Assembly: GCA_016792785.1 (NCBI GenBank) | Contig: JAEUML010000130.1 | Span: 1,366-65,365, forward strand | Source of the DNA: Alphaproteobacteria bacterium | Lineage (GTDB): Bacteria > Pseudomonadota > Alphaproteobacteria > Micropepsales > Micropepsaceae | Length of the DNA: 64,000 nt | Reading direction: 5' to 3' | Notes under the pieces: generated by a model | Seen by the model: only the letters and a program-made list of their open reading frames with translations | What the model was told of the DNA's origin: nothing | Databases searched by the model: none | Shown here: positions 24,882-33,644 of the stretch, piece by piece | Layout of the letters: every line of letters begins with the position of its first letter | Numbering within the stretch: the first letter of the stretch is position 1 | Program-made: the position numbers and the translations under genes

Positions 24882-25643
24882 CTACAACAAGTCGAGCGAG
24901 GCGGCGGGCAGGCCGAACATCCGCTTGAACGTGCGGCTCAAATGCGCGGAATCGGCGAAGCCCGCGGCTTGCGCCGCGCCGGTCAGGTCCAGCCCCTCTT
25001 TGTGCGCATCGACCGCGCGCTTCAAGCGTAGCCACAGCACATAGGTGCGGAACGGCAACCCCGTTTGCTCGACGAACAGGTGGCTCGTCCGGCTGGGCGA
25101 GAGACCGACCGCGTCGGCGGCCTGCTCGATGCTCAGTCCACGGTCCAGATTGTCGTTCGCCCATTTGATGATCTGCCGCACGCGCCGGTCGGGTTCGACG
25201 GTCCGCACATGGGCGGCGATGCGGTTGCAGATCAGTTGCCCCACCTCGCGCAGCTTGCCCCGCGCTTCGGCCGGGTGCGCGAACGCTTGGGCGATCAGTT
25301 CCGGCGCATCTTGCACACGCTCTCGCCCGATCACAGCCGCAGGTTCCCCGGCCATCAACTGGGTCAGCGCGCGCCCCGCCGGACCTTCCGGTTCGACGAA
25401 CAAAAGCGCGACCAGACCGCGCGCCGCGAACGCATGCGGCGCATCGGGCGCAACCACCGCGAAAGGCCCCGGCACGACGCGATCTTCAAGATGAAGACTG
25501 AAATCGCCGCCGAGCGAGAACGTGAGTTGAAACGCGTGGTGCGCATGCGTCTCGTTGCGGCTGGGCGCGTCGGGCGCCACGTCGACCACCCAAAGGCCGC
25601 CGCCTTCCCAAAAGACAACACGACCCGCAGCGATCGTCTTCAT
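24882..25643 (-). CDS. AraC-family transcriptional regulator with N-terminal cupin-like domain
   Basis: The C-terminal HTH_AraC region is SIEQAADAVGLSPSRTSHLFVEQTGLPFRTYVLWLRLKRAV...AAGFADSAHLSRTFKRMFG. The start is uncertain (ATG 25643 or GTG 25682). Confidence 0.85.
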   Translation of the reverse strand: MKTIAAGRVVFWEGGGLWVVDVAPDAPSRNETHAHHAFQLTFSLGGDFSLHLEDRVVPGPFAVVAPDAPHAFAARGLVALLFVEPEGPAGRALTQLMAGEPAAVIGRERVQDAPELIAQAFAHPAEARGKLREVGQLICNRIAAHVRTVEPDRRVRQIIKWANDNLDRGLSIEQAADAVGLSPSRTSHLFVEQTGLPFRTYVLWLRLKRAVDAHKEGLDLTGAAQAAGFADSAHLSRTFKRMFGLPAASLDLL

Positions 25644-25732
25644 CAACGTATCGTACAGGGGGCCGCTTGTTCGCAGAAGCACAGACTGGGTTCAAGGAAG
25701 CGACTTCGGGCTCAGCCCCAATTCTGCAAACG

Positions 25733-25762
25733 GAAAAAGCCGCCCGGTTGGTTCCGGGCGGC
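25733..25762 (-). terminator. Rho-independent terminator downstream of speD
   Basis: On the minus strand, the stem GCCGCCCGG / CCGGGCGGC (9 bp, loop AACCAA) is followed by TTTTTCCGTTT. Confidence 0.7.
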
Positions 25763-25788
25763 CTTTGGAAGGCTTGAGCGCGCTGGCT

Positions 25789-26274
25789 CTAGACGATGCC
25801 GCGCTTGTGCTCGCCGACGACGACGCGCTTCGGCCGGAAGGCGGCCTCGAGCACGGCGATCGTCTTCGTCGGTTGGGCGGCGCCGCACATGAACACGTCG
25901 AAGGCGGCGAAGCCCTTTTCCGGCCAGGTGTGCACGGAGATGTGGCTCTCGGAGAGAACCGCAACGCCCGACACCCCGCCGTTCGGCTCGAACTTGTGGA
26001 GGTGGATGTGCAAGAGCGTGGCTCCGGCAGCCGTCACCGCGTCCTTGAGCGCCTTTTCGATCTTGGCTTCGTCATGCAGATCGTGGGCGTCCCACAGGTC
26101 GAGGATCAGGTGGCTGCCCGCAAACGTCACGCCGTTGCGGGTGATGAAATAGTCTTTACGGTCTTCGTCCGCTTCCACATTGGGAATTGGAGCCGGAACG
26201 GGCTTCGTTCTGGCGCGGTTCGCGGGGAACTGCGTTACTTCGACAGCCGCTCTTTTGCGTGCAGGAAGAGCCAT
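25789..26274 (-). CDS. speD: S-adenosylmethionine decarboxylase proenzyme (SpeH-type, pyruvoyl)
   Basis: HLILDLWDA..., and the self-cleavage/pyruvoyl site LSESHISVHTWPE, followed by AFDVFMCG. About 40 aa of N-terminal extension precede the conserved core. Confidence 0.9.
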   Translation of the reverse strand: MALPARKRAAVEVTQFPANRARTKPVPAPIPNVEADEDRKDYFITRNGVTFAGSHLILDLWDAHDLHDEAKIEKALKDAVTAAGATLLHIHLHKFEPNGGVSGVAVLSESHISVHTWPEKGFAAFDVFMCGAAQPTKTIAVLEAAFRPKRVVVGEHKRGIV

Positions 26275-26618
26275 GTGGCGCCTCTCCGAAACAGAAGAAC
26301 AGTTGCACCTTTAGGGTGACCAAGTGGCGTGGAACTCACGCCGCCAAAGCCCGCCTCTTGGTGATTCACACCCGAAACTGCGGAGGGGGCGAAATATAGG
26401 AATGGGCGCCCCGCATGCAAGGATTTTTGGACCCGCGGGGTGAATTTTCCCTTGCGATGGTGCGCGGCGCGTGACGCTCGGCGAAATATGACATTGCGCG
26501 CGCGACTCAGTGACCCTATACGACGCGCGCTTCGAGGCGCCGCGCGCACGCTCTTTCACCTTCGCGGGCCACGCCTCTCACTCTTCACTCTCCACCTCAC
26601 GCTCAGGAGCCGACGGCG

Positions 26619-27482
26619 ATGGCGAACAGTTTTCTGGAGAAACTCCACCCCGGATTCTCGCAGACGATCGAGCTCGAAGGATCGCCGATCGTGCAGGAAA
26701 AAAGCCGGTTTCAGGCGATCCAGATCTTCGATTCCAAGCGCAACGGGCGCGTGCTCGTGCTCGACGACATCGTGCAGCTGACGACGCGCGACGAGTGCGG
26801 CTATTCCGAAATGCTGACGCACGTGCCGATGCTCGAACACGGCGCCGTGAAGGAGGTCATGATCGTCGGCGGCGGCGACATGGCGATCGCCGAAGAGGCG
26901 CTGAAGCACAGGGGCGTCAAGACGGTCTTCAACGTCGAAATCGACGAGAAGGTGGTCGATTTGTCGCGCCGTCACTTGAGCGAGGTAAATGCCGCCGCCT
27001 TCGCCGACCCTCGGCTGAAGATCCAGATCGAGGACGCGTTCGTCTTCCTGGCCGACAAGTCGAGCCATGGCCGCTTCGACCTCATCATCGCCGACCGCCC
27101 CGACCCTGTGGGGCCGGCGGAAGTGCTGTTTGGGGACACGTTCTATGAGCGCGTCGCCAAGGCGCTGGCGCCCGGCGGCTTTGCCGTGTTCCAGAACGGC
27201 GTGCCGTTCTTCCAGCCGGAGGAACTGGTCGACACGCTGAAGCAGATGCAGCGGACGTTCCGTTATGCCGGCGTCTATCTGGCGGTCGTGCCGAGCTATA
27301 TTGGCGGCTTCATGGCGCTGACCTGGGTGTCGAACGACTCGATCCTTGGCGACCCGGCCAAGTGGACGGGCCTCGAGACGGCGTTCGGGGCCGCGCGCCT
27401 CAAGACCGACTACTACACCCCCGCCATCCACCGCGCCGCGTTCGCGTTGCCGGCGTGGATCGAGCGGTTGGTGAAAGGGTGA
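26619..27482 (+). CDS. speE: Spermidine synthase (polyamine aminopropyltransferase)
   Basis: Contains SRFQAIQIFDSKRNGRVLVLDDIVQLTTRDECGYSEMLTHVP, VMIVGGGD and DLIIADRPDPVGPA. SD CAGGAG lies upstream of the ATG. Confidence 0.9.
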   Translation: MANSFLEKLHPGFSQTIELEGSPIVQEKSRFQAIQIFDSKRNGRVLVLDDIVQLTTRDECGYSEMLTHVPMLEHGAVKEVMIVGGGDMAIAEEALKHRGVKTVFNVEIDEKVVDLSRRHLSEVNAAAFADPRLKIQIEDAFVFLADKSSHGRFDLIIADRPDPVGPAEVLFGDTFYERVAKALAPGGFAVFQNGVPFFQPEELVDTLKQMQRTFRYAGVYLAVVPSYIGGFMALTWVSNDSILGDPAKWTGLETAFGAARLKTDYYTPAIHRAAFALPAWIERLVKG

Positions 27483-27489
27483 GGTCCGC

Positions 27490-29424
27490 CTAAGCCTTCG
27501 CCTGCCTGCCGACCCAGATGTAGCTGAGCGCGATCAGCGCGACGAACAACGCGCCACCGATAAGTGGCGCTTGCGCGAAGTCGGCGGGGACGAGGGCGAA
27601 AGGCGTGGCGCTGCCGCTCGAGACGATGGCGCCGGCGTTCAGGATACCGAGCAGGCTTTCGCCGACGATGAGCCCGGAAGCTAGCAGAACGCCGAAGCGC
27701 TTGAGCATTTCGGCCTGGCCCGCACGCGCGATGGCGCGGGCATAGAACCAGGCGATCACGGCGCCGAAAATCACCGGCGAGGTCGTGTCCATCGGCAGAT
27801 AGATGCCGATGCCGATCGCCATCGGCGGCAGGCGCATGAGTTTCAGCCGGCCCAGCGTTTCGTCAACGGCGATGACGGCCAATCCGACAATCGCGCCGAT
27901 GCCGATCAGGTTCCAGTTCAAATCGGCGTTGAGGACGCCGCGCGCGAGCGTGGAGATCAGCGCCGCCTGCGGCGCGCCGAGCGGCTCGGCGGTGATGGCG
28001 GCGCGGTTCGGGTCGCCGGGGAAACCGTAGGCCTGGTTGAGGAGGTCGAGCACGGGACCGATGACGGCCGCGCCGGCGAGCACACCGATGATCAAGGCGA
28101 TTTGTTGACGCCAGGGCGAGGCGCCAACGAGTTGGCCTGTCTTCAAATCCTGGAGATTGTCGTTCGAAATGGTGGCGATCGAAAAGACGATGGCGACCGT
28201 GAACAGTGCGAACGCGATGAGCGCATTCGTCGCTTCGGGCCCCGCCAGCGGCTGCACGAACTGCGCGAGCAGAAGCGCCGCGCATACGATCGCCAGGATG
28301 CCGATGCCGGAAACAGGGCTGTTCGAGGCGCCGATTAAGCCCGCCATGTAGCCGGCAACGGTCGCGACGAAGGCGCCGATCACGACGGTGAAGATCACGC
28401 CGCCGATCACCAACGGCCAGCCGAACGCGGCGAGTTCGCCCCCACGAACGAAGTCGAACAAGAGCCAGCCGATCATCGCCAAGCAAAATGCTGACAACAG
28501 CGCGATGAGGCCGAGCGAGAGATCGCGGTCGCGGGCATCACCGGATTTGGCCCCCGCGCCGGCGCGCGCCGTTGCGACAAGGCCGTCGAACACGGGCCTT
28601 GCGAGTGCGAGCAGGCTCCAGATCGCAGCCACGCCGATCGTGCCCGCGCCAATGAAACGGACCTGGCTGCCGCGGATGTTGTTGGCGAGTTCGGCCGCGT
28701 CGCCTTCGAGGCCGGCGCTGAGGTAGGGAATCGAAATGCCCCAAGCGATGAAAATGCCGACGAGCATCGCGATGCCGACGGAGATGCCGACCAAATGCCC
28801 AGCGCCGATCAAGGCAAGGGAGAACGAGGTGCTGAGGCCGCTGACCCCGGCGCCGACGCGGAAGTAGGTCGCGATGCCTGCGGCGGCGACGCCTGTGAAC
28901 GTCACGATCTGCATAAACGCGGCGACGATCGCGCCATAGAGTACGACAAGCGGTCCGCGCGTGCGTTCGAGGATGTTCGCGGGCGCTTCGTCGGCGCGAG
29001 CGCCGACCTTCAACACCTCGGCGGCGGCAACGCCTTCGGGATAGGGCAGCGGCGAGTTGACGACGAGCGCGCGGCGCAGCGGGATCGAAAACAGCACGCC
29101 CAACGTGCCGCCAAGCGCGCACACGAGAAACGTCTCGAGCGGAGGGAAATTTCGCCACCAACCGATCATCACAAGGCCCGGCAACACAAAGATGATCGCC
29201 GACAACGTGCCGCCCGCCGAGGCCACGGTTTGGACGATGTTGTTCTCGCGGATCGTGCCCGTGTTGAAGAGGCGCAGGATGCCCATCGAGATCACGGCGG
29301 CGGGGATGGACGAGGCGATCGTGATGCCAACCTTCAGCCCGAGATAGACGTTGGCGGCCGTGAACACGATCGCTATCACTGCGCCCAGGATGCAGGCGCG
29401 GATCGTCAGTTCTGTTTCTTTCAT
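27490..29424 (-). CDS. OPT-family oligopeptide transporter
   Basis: A polytopic membrane protein of 644 aa. The N-terminal block ELTIRACILGAVIAIVFTAANVYLGLKVGITIASSIPAAVISMGILR is characteristic of OPT-superfamily members. Confidence 0.85.
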   Translation of the reverse strand: MKETELTIRACILGAVIAIVFTAANVYLGLKVGITIASSIPAAVISMGILRLFNTGTIRENNIVQTVASAGGTLSAIIFVLPGLVMIGWWRNFPPLETFLVCALGGTLGVLFSIPLRRALVVNSPLPYPEGVAAAEVLKVGARADEAPANILERTRGPLVVLYGAIVAAFMQIVTFTGVAAAGIATYFRVGAGVSGLSTSFSLALIGAGHLVGISVGIAMLVGIFIAWGISIPYLSAGLEGDAAELANNIRGSQVRFIGAGTIGVAAIWSLLALARPVFDGLVATARAGAGAKSGDARDRDLSLGLIALLSAFCLAMIGWLLFDFVRGGELAAFGWPLVIGGVIFTVVIGAFVATVAGYMAGLIGASNSPVSGIGILAIVCAALLLAQFVQPLAGPEATNALIAFALFTVAIVFSIATISNDNLQDLKTGQLVGASPWRQQIALIIGVLAGAAVIGPVLDLLNQAYGFPGDPNRAAITAEPLGAPQAALISTLARGVLNADLNWNLIGIGAIVGLAVIAVDETLGRLKLMRLPPMAIGIGIYLPMDTTSPVIFGAVIAWFYARAIARAGQAEMLKRFGVLLASGLIVGESLLGILNAGAIVSSGSATPFALVPADFAQAPLIGGALFVALIALSYIWVGRQAKA

Positions 29425-29569
29425 AATTGCACACGCACCTTCGAGACCGGCCGAGAACTGTCACACAACATCGCGCCAATATGAAGCGCGCGTTGGTTAA
29501 AGATCGCCCGGGCTGGATTGTGGCTGCGGTTGCGCACTACGATTTCCGCTGAGCGCGCGGGGGACAGCG

Positions 29570-30016
29570 ATGGACGAGACCGACAAGAAGATCGCTTTGC
29601 TGTTGCAGGAGGATTGCTTTCTGCCACAGGCCGAGATCGCCAAGGTGGTCGGGCGGGTGACGTCGTCGGTCAACGAGCGCATGCGCAAGCTCAAGGACGA
29701 CGGGATCGTGCGCGCCTATCGGGCGGAACTCGATCCCGACCGGGCCGGGTTTCCGATCCTCGCCTTTGTCAATCTGCTGATCGACGACGCGGCCAACGCG
29801 GCGGCGTTCCCAAAGCGCGCGGTGAAAGTGCCCGAGGTGCTGGAGTTACATCACGTGACGGGCGAGTGGAATTTCTTGATCAAGGTCCGCGCGCGTTCGA
29901 CGGCCGATCTCGAAAACGTGTTGACCGGAAAACTGAAGAAGCTGCGCGGCGTGGTGCGGACGAGCACCCAAATCGTGCTCGTCGCCCACAAAGAGACCCA
30001 CGCGCTGCCGCTTTAG
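29570..30016 (+). CDS. Lrp/AsnC-family transcriptional regulator
   Basis: A 148-aa protein. The HTH is LDETDKKIALLLQEDCFLPQAEIAKVVGRVTSSVNERMRKLKDDGIV, followed by a RAM/AsnC_trans_reg domain (AFVNLLIDD...VTGEWNFLIKV). Confidence 0.9.
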   Translation: MDETDKKIALLLQEDCFLPQAEIAKVVGRVTSSVNERMRKLKDDGIVRAYRAELDPDRAGFPILAFVNLLIDDAANAAAFPKRAVKVPEVLELHHVTGEWNFLIKVRARSTADLENVLTGKLKKLRGVVRTSTQIVLVAHKETHALPL

Positions 30017-33000
30017 AAAGGCACCGCGGCCCGCACGTAGCCGGCGTGGGCGGTGTAGTCCTCCTTCAGCTCCAGATCGTAGCTCGCGCGCAGGTCGATG
30101 CCGCCCGCGGTCGCGAGCAGCGCGCCGACGCCGAGGTTGAGGACGTCGGCGGCGGGCTCCACGCCTTGCGTGCGGAACACGATGCCGGGGGCGCCCAGAA
30201 ACTCGCTCGTGGTCTCGAAGCGCTCGCGGGTCAGGTCGCGGCGGTAGTCGAGGCGGAGTTCGGGTTGGAACAACTCGTCGCCTGAGAGCGTGATGTCCCA
30301 GCGCGCAAGTATACCGAGGCCGATCCGCACGCTCGTTAGATCGTCGGGGGCGACGGTGAGGCCGAGGCCGCCGACACCTTGTTCGCTGTAGCCGTCCGGC
30401 GCGTACCAGGCGGCGTTCAGGTGCGCGCGCGGGATGAGCGTGAGGTTCTCTCCGCCCTTGTAGGCGCGGCCAAGTTCGGCGCGCGCTGTGATGTGATCGG
30501 CGTCGTAGTTGCCCGTTGCCGTGTTGCCCGGGATGCCGCCGACGCCGTGGCGGGCGATGTCGTTCGCGTGCCAGCCATAGGCGAGGAGGCCCTTCGCATA
30601 GACCGCGTTGTCGAACAGGTGGTCGCCGTAGAGCGTCAGCTGGTAGCTTTCGACTTCGGTGTCGGTGCGGTTGACGCCGTTGCCGTCGGCGTCGGTCGAC
30701 GTGTAGCTGAAGGCGGCGCCGATCGCAGTCGCCTTGTCGATGTTCGTGTCGGCGCCGACAGCGACGCCGTAGGAGCCCGCATCGTAGCCGGTGTTGTAAC
30801 TGTGCCGGCTTTGATCGACCGCCCGGCCGAAGGCTTGGGCCCAAAAGCGCCCTGCCCCGCGGCCCTCGTTCACGCTGCCGCGGAGCGCGACGGGCGCGAG
30901 GCTCGCCACGCGGTACTCGTTTGCCAGGCGGCCGGCGAGCAGTGTGTCGAGCCGCTTGCTCGCAACGTCGAGCGCTTGGTCGCCCATGTCGGTCGCGATG
31001 TCGTAGGCGATGCCGTCGGTCTCCGGCAGCAGCGCGTCGAGGACGTCGTTGATCGCCGTGTTCGTCGGCAGCTGCGCAAGCGCCAACATCAAGTCGTCGA
31101 GATCGGCATCGCCGTCGAGGCCGATCTCGTCGAGCGCTGCGCCGAGCGCGATCGAATTCGGGTCGTCACCCTCGCCCGCGATGTCGGCGAGGAGCGCGAG
31201 TTGCACTTGCGCGAAGAGAAGGTCGCTCGTTAGCCCGATCTCAGGCGCGTCGCCGCGGAAGAGTAGGAAATTCAGCAGCGCCGAGTTGTCAGTGGCTGCC
31301 GTGCCGTCCGTCACGCCCAGGATCGCGTTGTTGTTGAGATCTTCGGCAAGCAGGACGTTCGTACCGTTGGCAAACATCGCCGACGGATTGGTGAGCTTCA
31401 CCTCGATCGCGGCGCCGGTTAGGTCGATCTTGCTGAAAGCACCTTGAGCCTCGACCTTGGCGAGCGTCGATGCGTCGGTGACGTTGAACACATATGTGCC
31501 GTCGCCGGCGAACTCGTTTGCTGTCAACGTCTTGCCGGCCGCAATTTCGATCGTGCCCTGATTCAGGGTCGAGTCATCGACCCAGAAATCTTCGTTCAGG
31601 ATGAGCTTCGACGTCGCAATCATCGTGAGCTTTAAGATGTCCGAGTTGGCCGAGGATTGCTCCGAATTGCTGACCACGTTCGCACCCGTAAGCAGAGAGA
31701 AGAATGTGGTGTTAATGAACTGCGTCCCAGCTGCGATCGTCGTCGTTCCGCCCTGTTCGAAGTTCATGTTGTTGTCGGTACCGGTGAACACGATGTCGCC
31801 GTTCAACGAGCTTCCAGAGACGTTGAGCGTTTCCTCGGCGTTCGAGAACTCAACGCTGCCAACTAGGCTCGCGTTCTTGACCGTGATCGCGCCAGTTTGC
31901 GCGGCTGACACCCATAGCGCCTTGTCGCCTTGAAGCGTGCCGCCGTCGATCGTCACAGCGGCCGCGCCAAGGTCGGTGAAAATCAGAACAGCGGCCGACC
32001 CTGCGCCCGATGTCGAGATCGTGCCGCCCGTGTTCACAATGAGATCGGGGACGTTCGGCGAATTGAGAAGCAGCGACCAAAGATCGTTCGCATGAATCAG
32101 GCCGCTGTTTGAGAAGCTACCAACAGTGCCAATCAGGTTGAGCGCACCACCGGGGCCGGTGTTTTCGATCGTTCCTTCGTTGATGAGCGTGGTGATCGAG
32201 CTATTGACTCCTACCGTCACCGTGTTCGCGTTGCCTGCCGACTGGATCACACCGCCGACCTTGTTGTGGAACAGTCCTACGTCGGCACTCCCGTCGAAGA
32301 TTACGCTGTGACTGGAGGTAGCTTCTATCGCGCCTTGGTTGATGATCGAAGCCGCGACACCAAGGACAGACATGGCGACGCCGTTCGAGGACATCGTAGC
32401 CCCGGCATGATTGGTGAAGGTGCCGACGTTGCTGGCAGAGTCGAGCCGCACCGCATATCCGGTGCCCGCACCGATTAGGCCGTGGTTGTCCACTGACGTG
32501 GGCGTACCCATAATCGAAAGAGCGTCGGCTGTTCCGCTGTCGAGGGTGCCGTGGTTCGTCAGCGATCCGCCGAGACCTCCATACAGGAAGGCTGTACCGT
32601 CGTTGCCCGCCGCCCCTCCGGTCCCGCCGGTTCCCGCAGCGCCGCCCAGGCCGCCCTGCACGAGCGTGCTCGTTCCAAGCGTGATCGTCGCATTCGTTCC
32701 GTAGTAGACGAAGCCGTACCCGCCGTCGCCTCCATCCCTGTTGGTCGCGTTGGCGAGCGACGCTCCGCCCGTACCGCCGTTCCCGCCTTTGACGGTGACA
32801 TTGTTGAGCGTGACGATCGCGTTGCTTGAACTGATCATCGCAATTCCCGCGCCGCCTTGCCCCGCGAGACCGCCTTGCGCAGCGTTGGCAGCATCGCCCG
32901 CCGCGTCGCCAGCGTTCCCGCCGTTTCCGCCTTTGCCGCCCTGAACGAGACTGTTCGTGAGCGTGATCTGATTTGTTTTTTCGAGATAGATTCCGAGCCC

Positions 33001-33450
33001 ACCGTCTCCGCCGGTGCCACCCGCCGCATCCGTGGCGCCGCCGCTGCCACCGTTACCCCCAGCGCCGCCAGCGCCGCCGTAGACGATGATGCCGCTGCCG
33101 GCCACGGAGCCCCCATTCTTCCACATGGAGAGGCCGTGGCCACCGAAGCCCCCAATCTTACCGCCAGTGTTTGTTGTGTCGCTGCCGCCTGGACCGCCTG
33201 CGCCACCAGTCATCGTCAGGCCATTGTTGATGATCACATCGACATTGTCGGCATCCCAGTCGATCGCAGGTCCGCCAGCTGCGCCGCTCTGATCATCGGG
33301 CGTCGCTAGGGTCTCGTCCCCGGTGATGTCGGTGGTCACCGTCGTATCCATGTTGACAAAGAACGTCGCGGCACTAGCGGGGGCGGCAAGAACCAAGATT
33401 CCTACTGCGATGTGAGCGATGAACGCTGTCAGTTGTGAGACGGGACGCAT
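30013..33450 (-). CDS. Autotransporter (type Va) protein: Gly-rich beta-helix passenger plus C-terminal beta-barrel
   Basis: ATG 33450 gives the signal peptide MRPVSQLTAFIAHIAVGILVLAAPASA. About 5 Gly-rich modules are followed by degenerate beta-strand repeats. The junction region is LDEIGLDGDADLDDLMLALAQLP. The C-terminal barrel ends YTAHAGYVRAAVPF (aromatic terminal residue). Confidence 0.9.
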   Translation of the reverse strand: MRPVSQLTAFIAHIAVGILVLAAPASAATFFVNMDTTVTTDITGDETLATPDDQSGAAGGPAIDWDADNVDVIINNGLTMTGGAGGPGGSDTTNTGGKIGGFGGHGLSMWKNGGSVAGSGIIVYGGAGGAGGNGGSGGATDAAGGTGGDGGLGIYLEKTNQITLTNSLVQGGKGGNGGNAGDAAGDAANAAQGGLAGQGGAGIAMISSSNAIVTLNNVTVKGGNGGTGGASLANATNRDGGDGGYGFVYYGTNATITLGTSTLVQGGLGGAAGTGGTGGAAGNDGTAFLYGGLGGSLTNHGTLDSGTADALSIMGTPTSVDNHGLIGAGTGYAVRLDSASNVGTFTNHAGATMSSNGVAMSVLGVAASIINQGAIEATSSHSVIFDGSADVGLFHNKVGGVIQSAGNANTVTVGVNSSITTLINEGTIENTGPGGALNLIGTVGSFSNSGLIHANDLWSLLLNSPNVPDLIVNTGGTISTSGAGSAAVLIFTDLGAAAVTIDGGTLQGDKALWVSAAQTGAITVKNASLVGSVEFSNAEETLNVSGSSLNGDIVFTGTDNNMNFEQGGTTTIAAGTQFINTTFFSLLTGANVVSNSEQSSANSDILKLTMIATSKLILNEDFWVDDSTLNQGTIEIAAGKTLTANEFAGDGTYVFNVTDASTLAKVEAQGAFSKIDLTGAAIEVKLTNPSAMFANGTNVLLAEDLNNNAILGVTDGTAATDNSALLNFLLFRGDAPEIGLTSDLLFAQVQLALLADIAGEGDDPNSIALGAALDEIGLDGDADLDDLMLALAQLPTNTAINDVLDALLPETDGIAYDIATDMGDQALDVASKRLDTLLAGRLANEYRVASLAPVALRGSVNEGRGAGRFWAQAFGRAVDQSRHSYNTGYDAGSYGVAVGADTNIDKATAIGAAFSYTSTDADGNGVNRTDTEVESYQLTLYGDHLFDNAVYAKGLLAYGWHANDIARHGVGGIPGNTATGNYDADHITARAELGRAYKGGENLTLIPRAHLNAAWYAPDGYSEQGVGGLGLTVAPDDLTSVRIGLGILARWDITLSGDELFQPELRLDYRRDLTRERFETTSEFLGAPGIVFRTQGVEPAADVLNLGVGALLATAGGIDLRASYDLELKEDYTAHAGYVRAAVPF

Positions 33451-33644
33451 GGAACACCTGCCTGGAGCGAAGTCGGGGGATGAGGTGTTCTTTGTTTCAC
33501 AAGGTTTTGCGGCGTTCTTGGACTGCGCCAAGCGAACTGGGCTCCACGCGAAGCGAGACTTGGTGGTTCGAACAATTTTCGGCATTCTCCGAATTCATTT
33601 CCGCGCGGGTGTGTTCGGCGCGGCACAAGGAGTTAACGCGAACA

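Noticed and set aside
32741-33292. Pro-rich plus-strand ORFs (for example PPVPPFPPLTV).
   Set aside because: They are mirror images of the GGN-rich codons of the autotransporter passenger on the minus strand.
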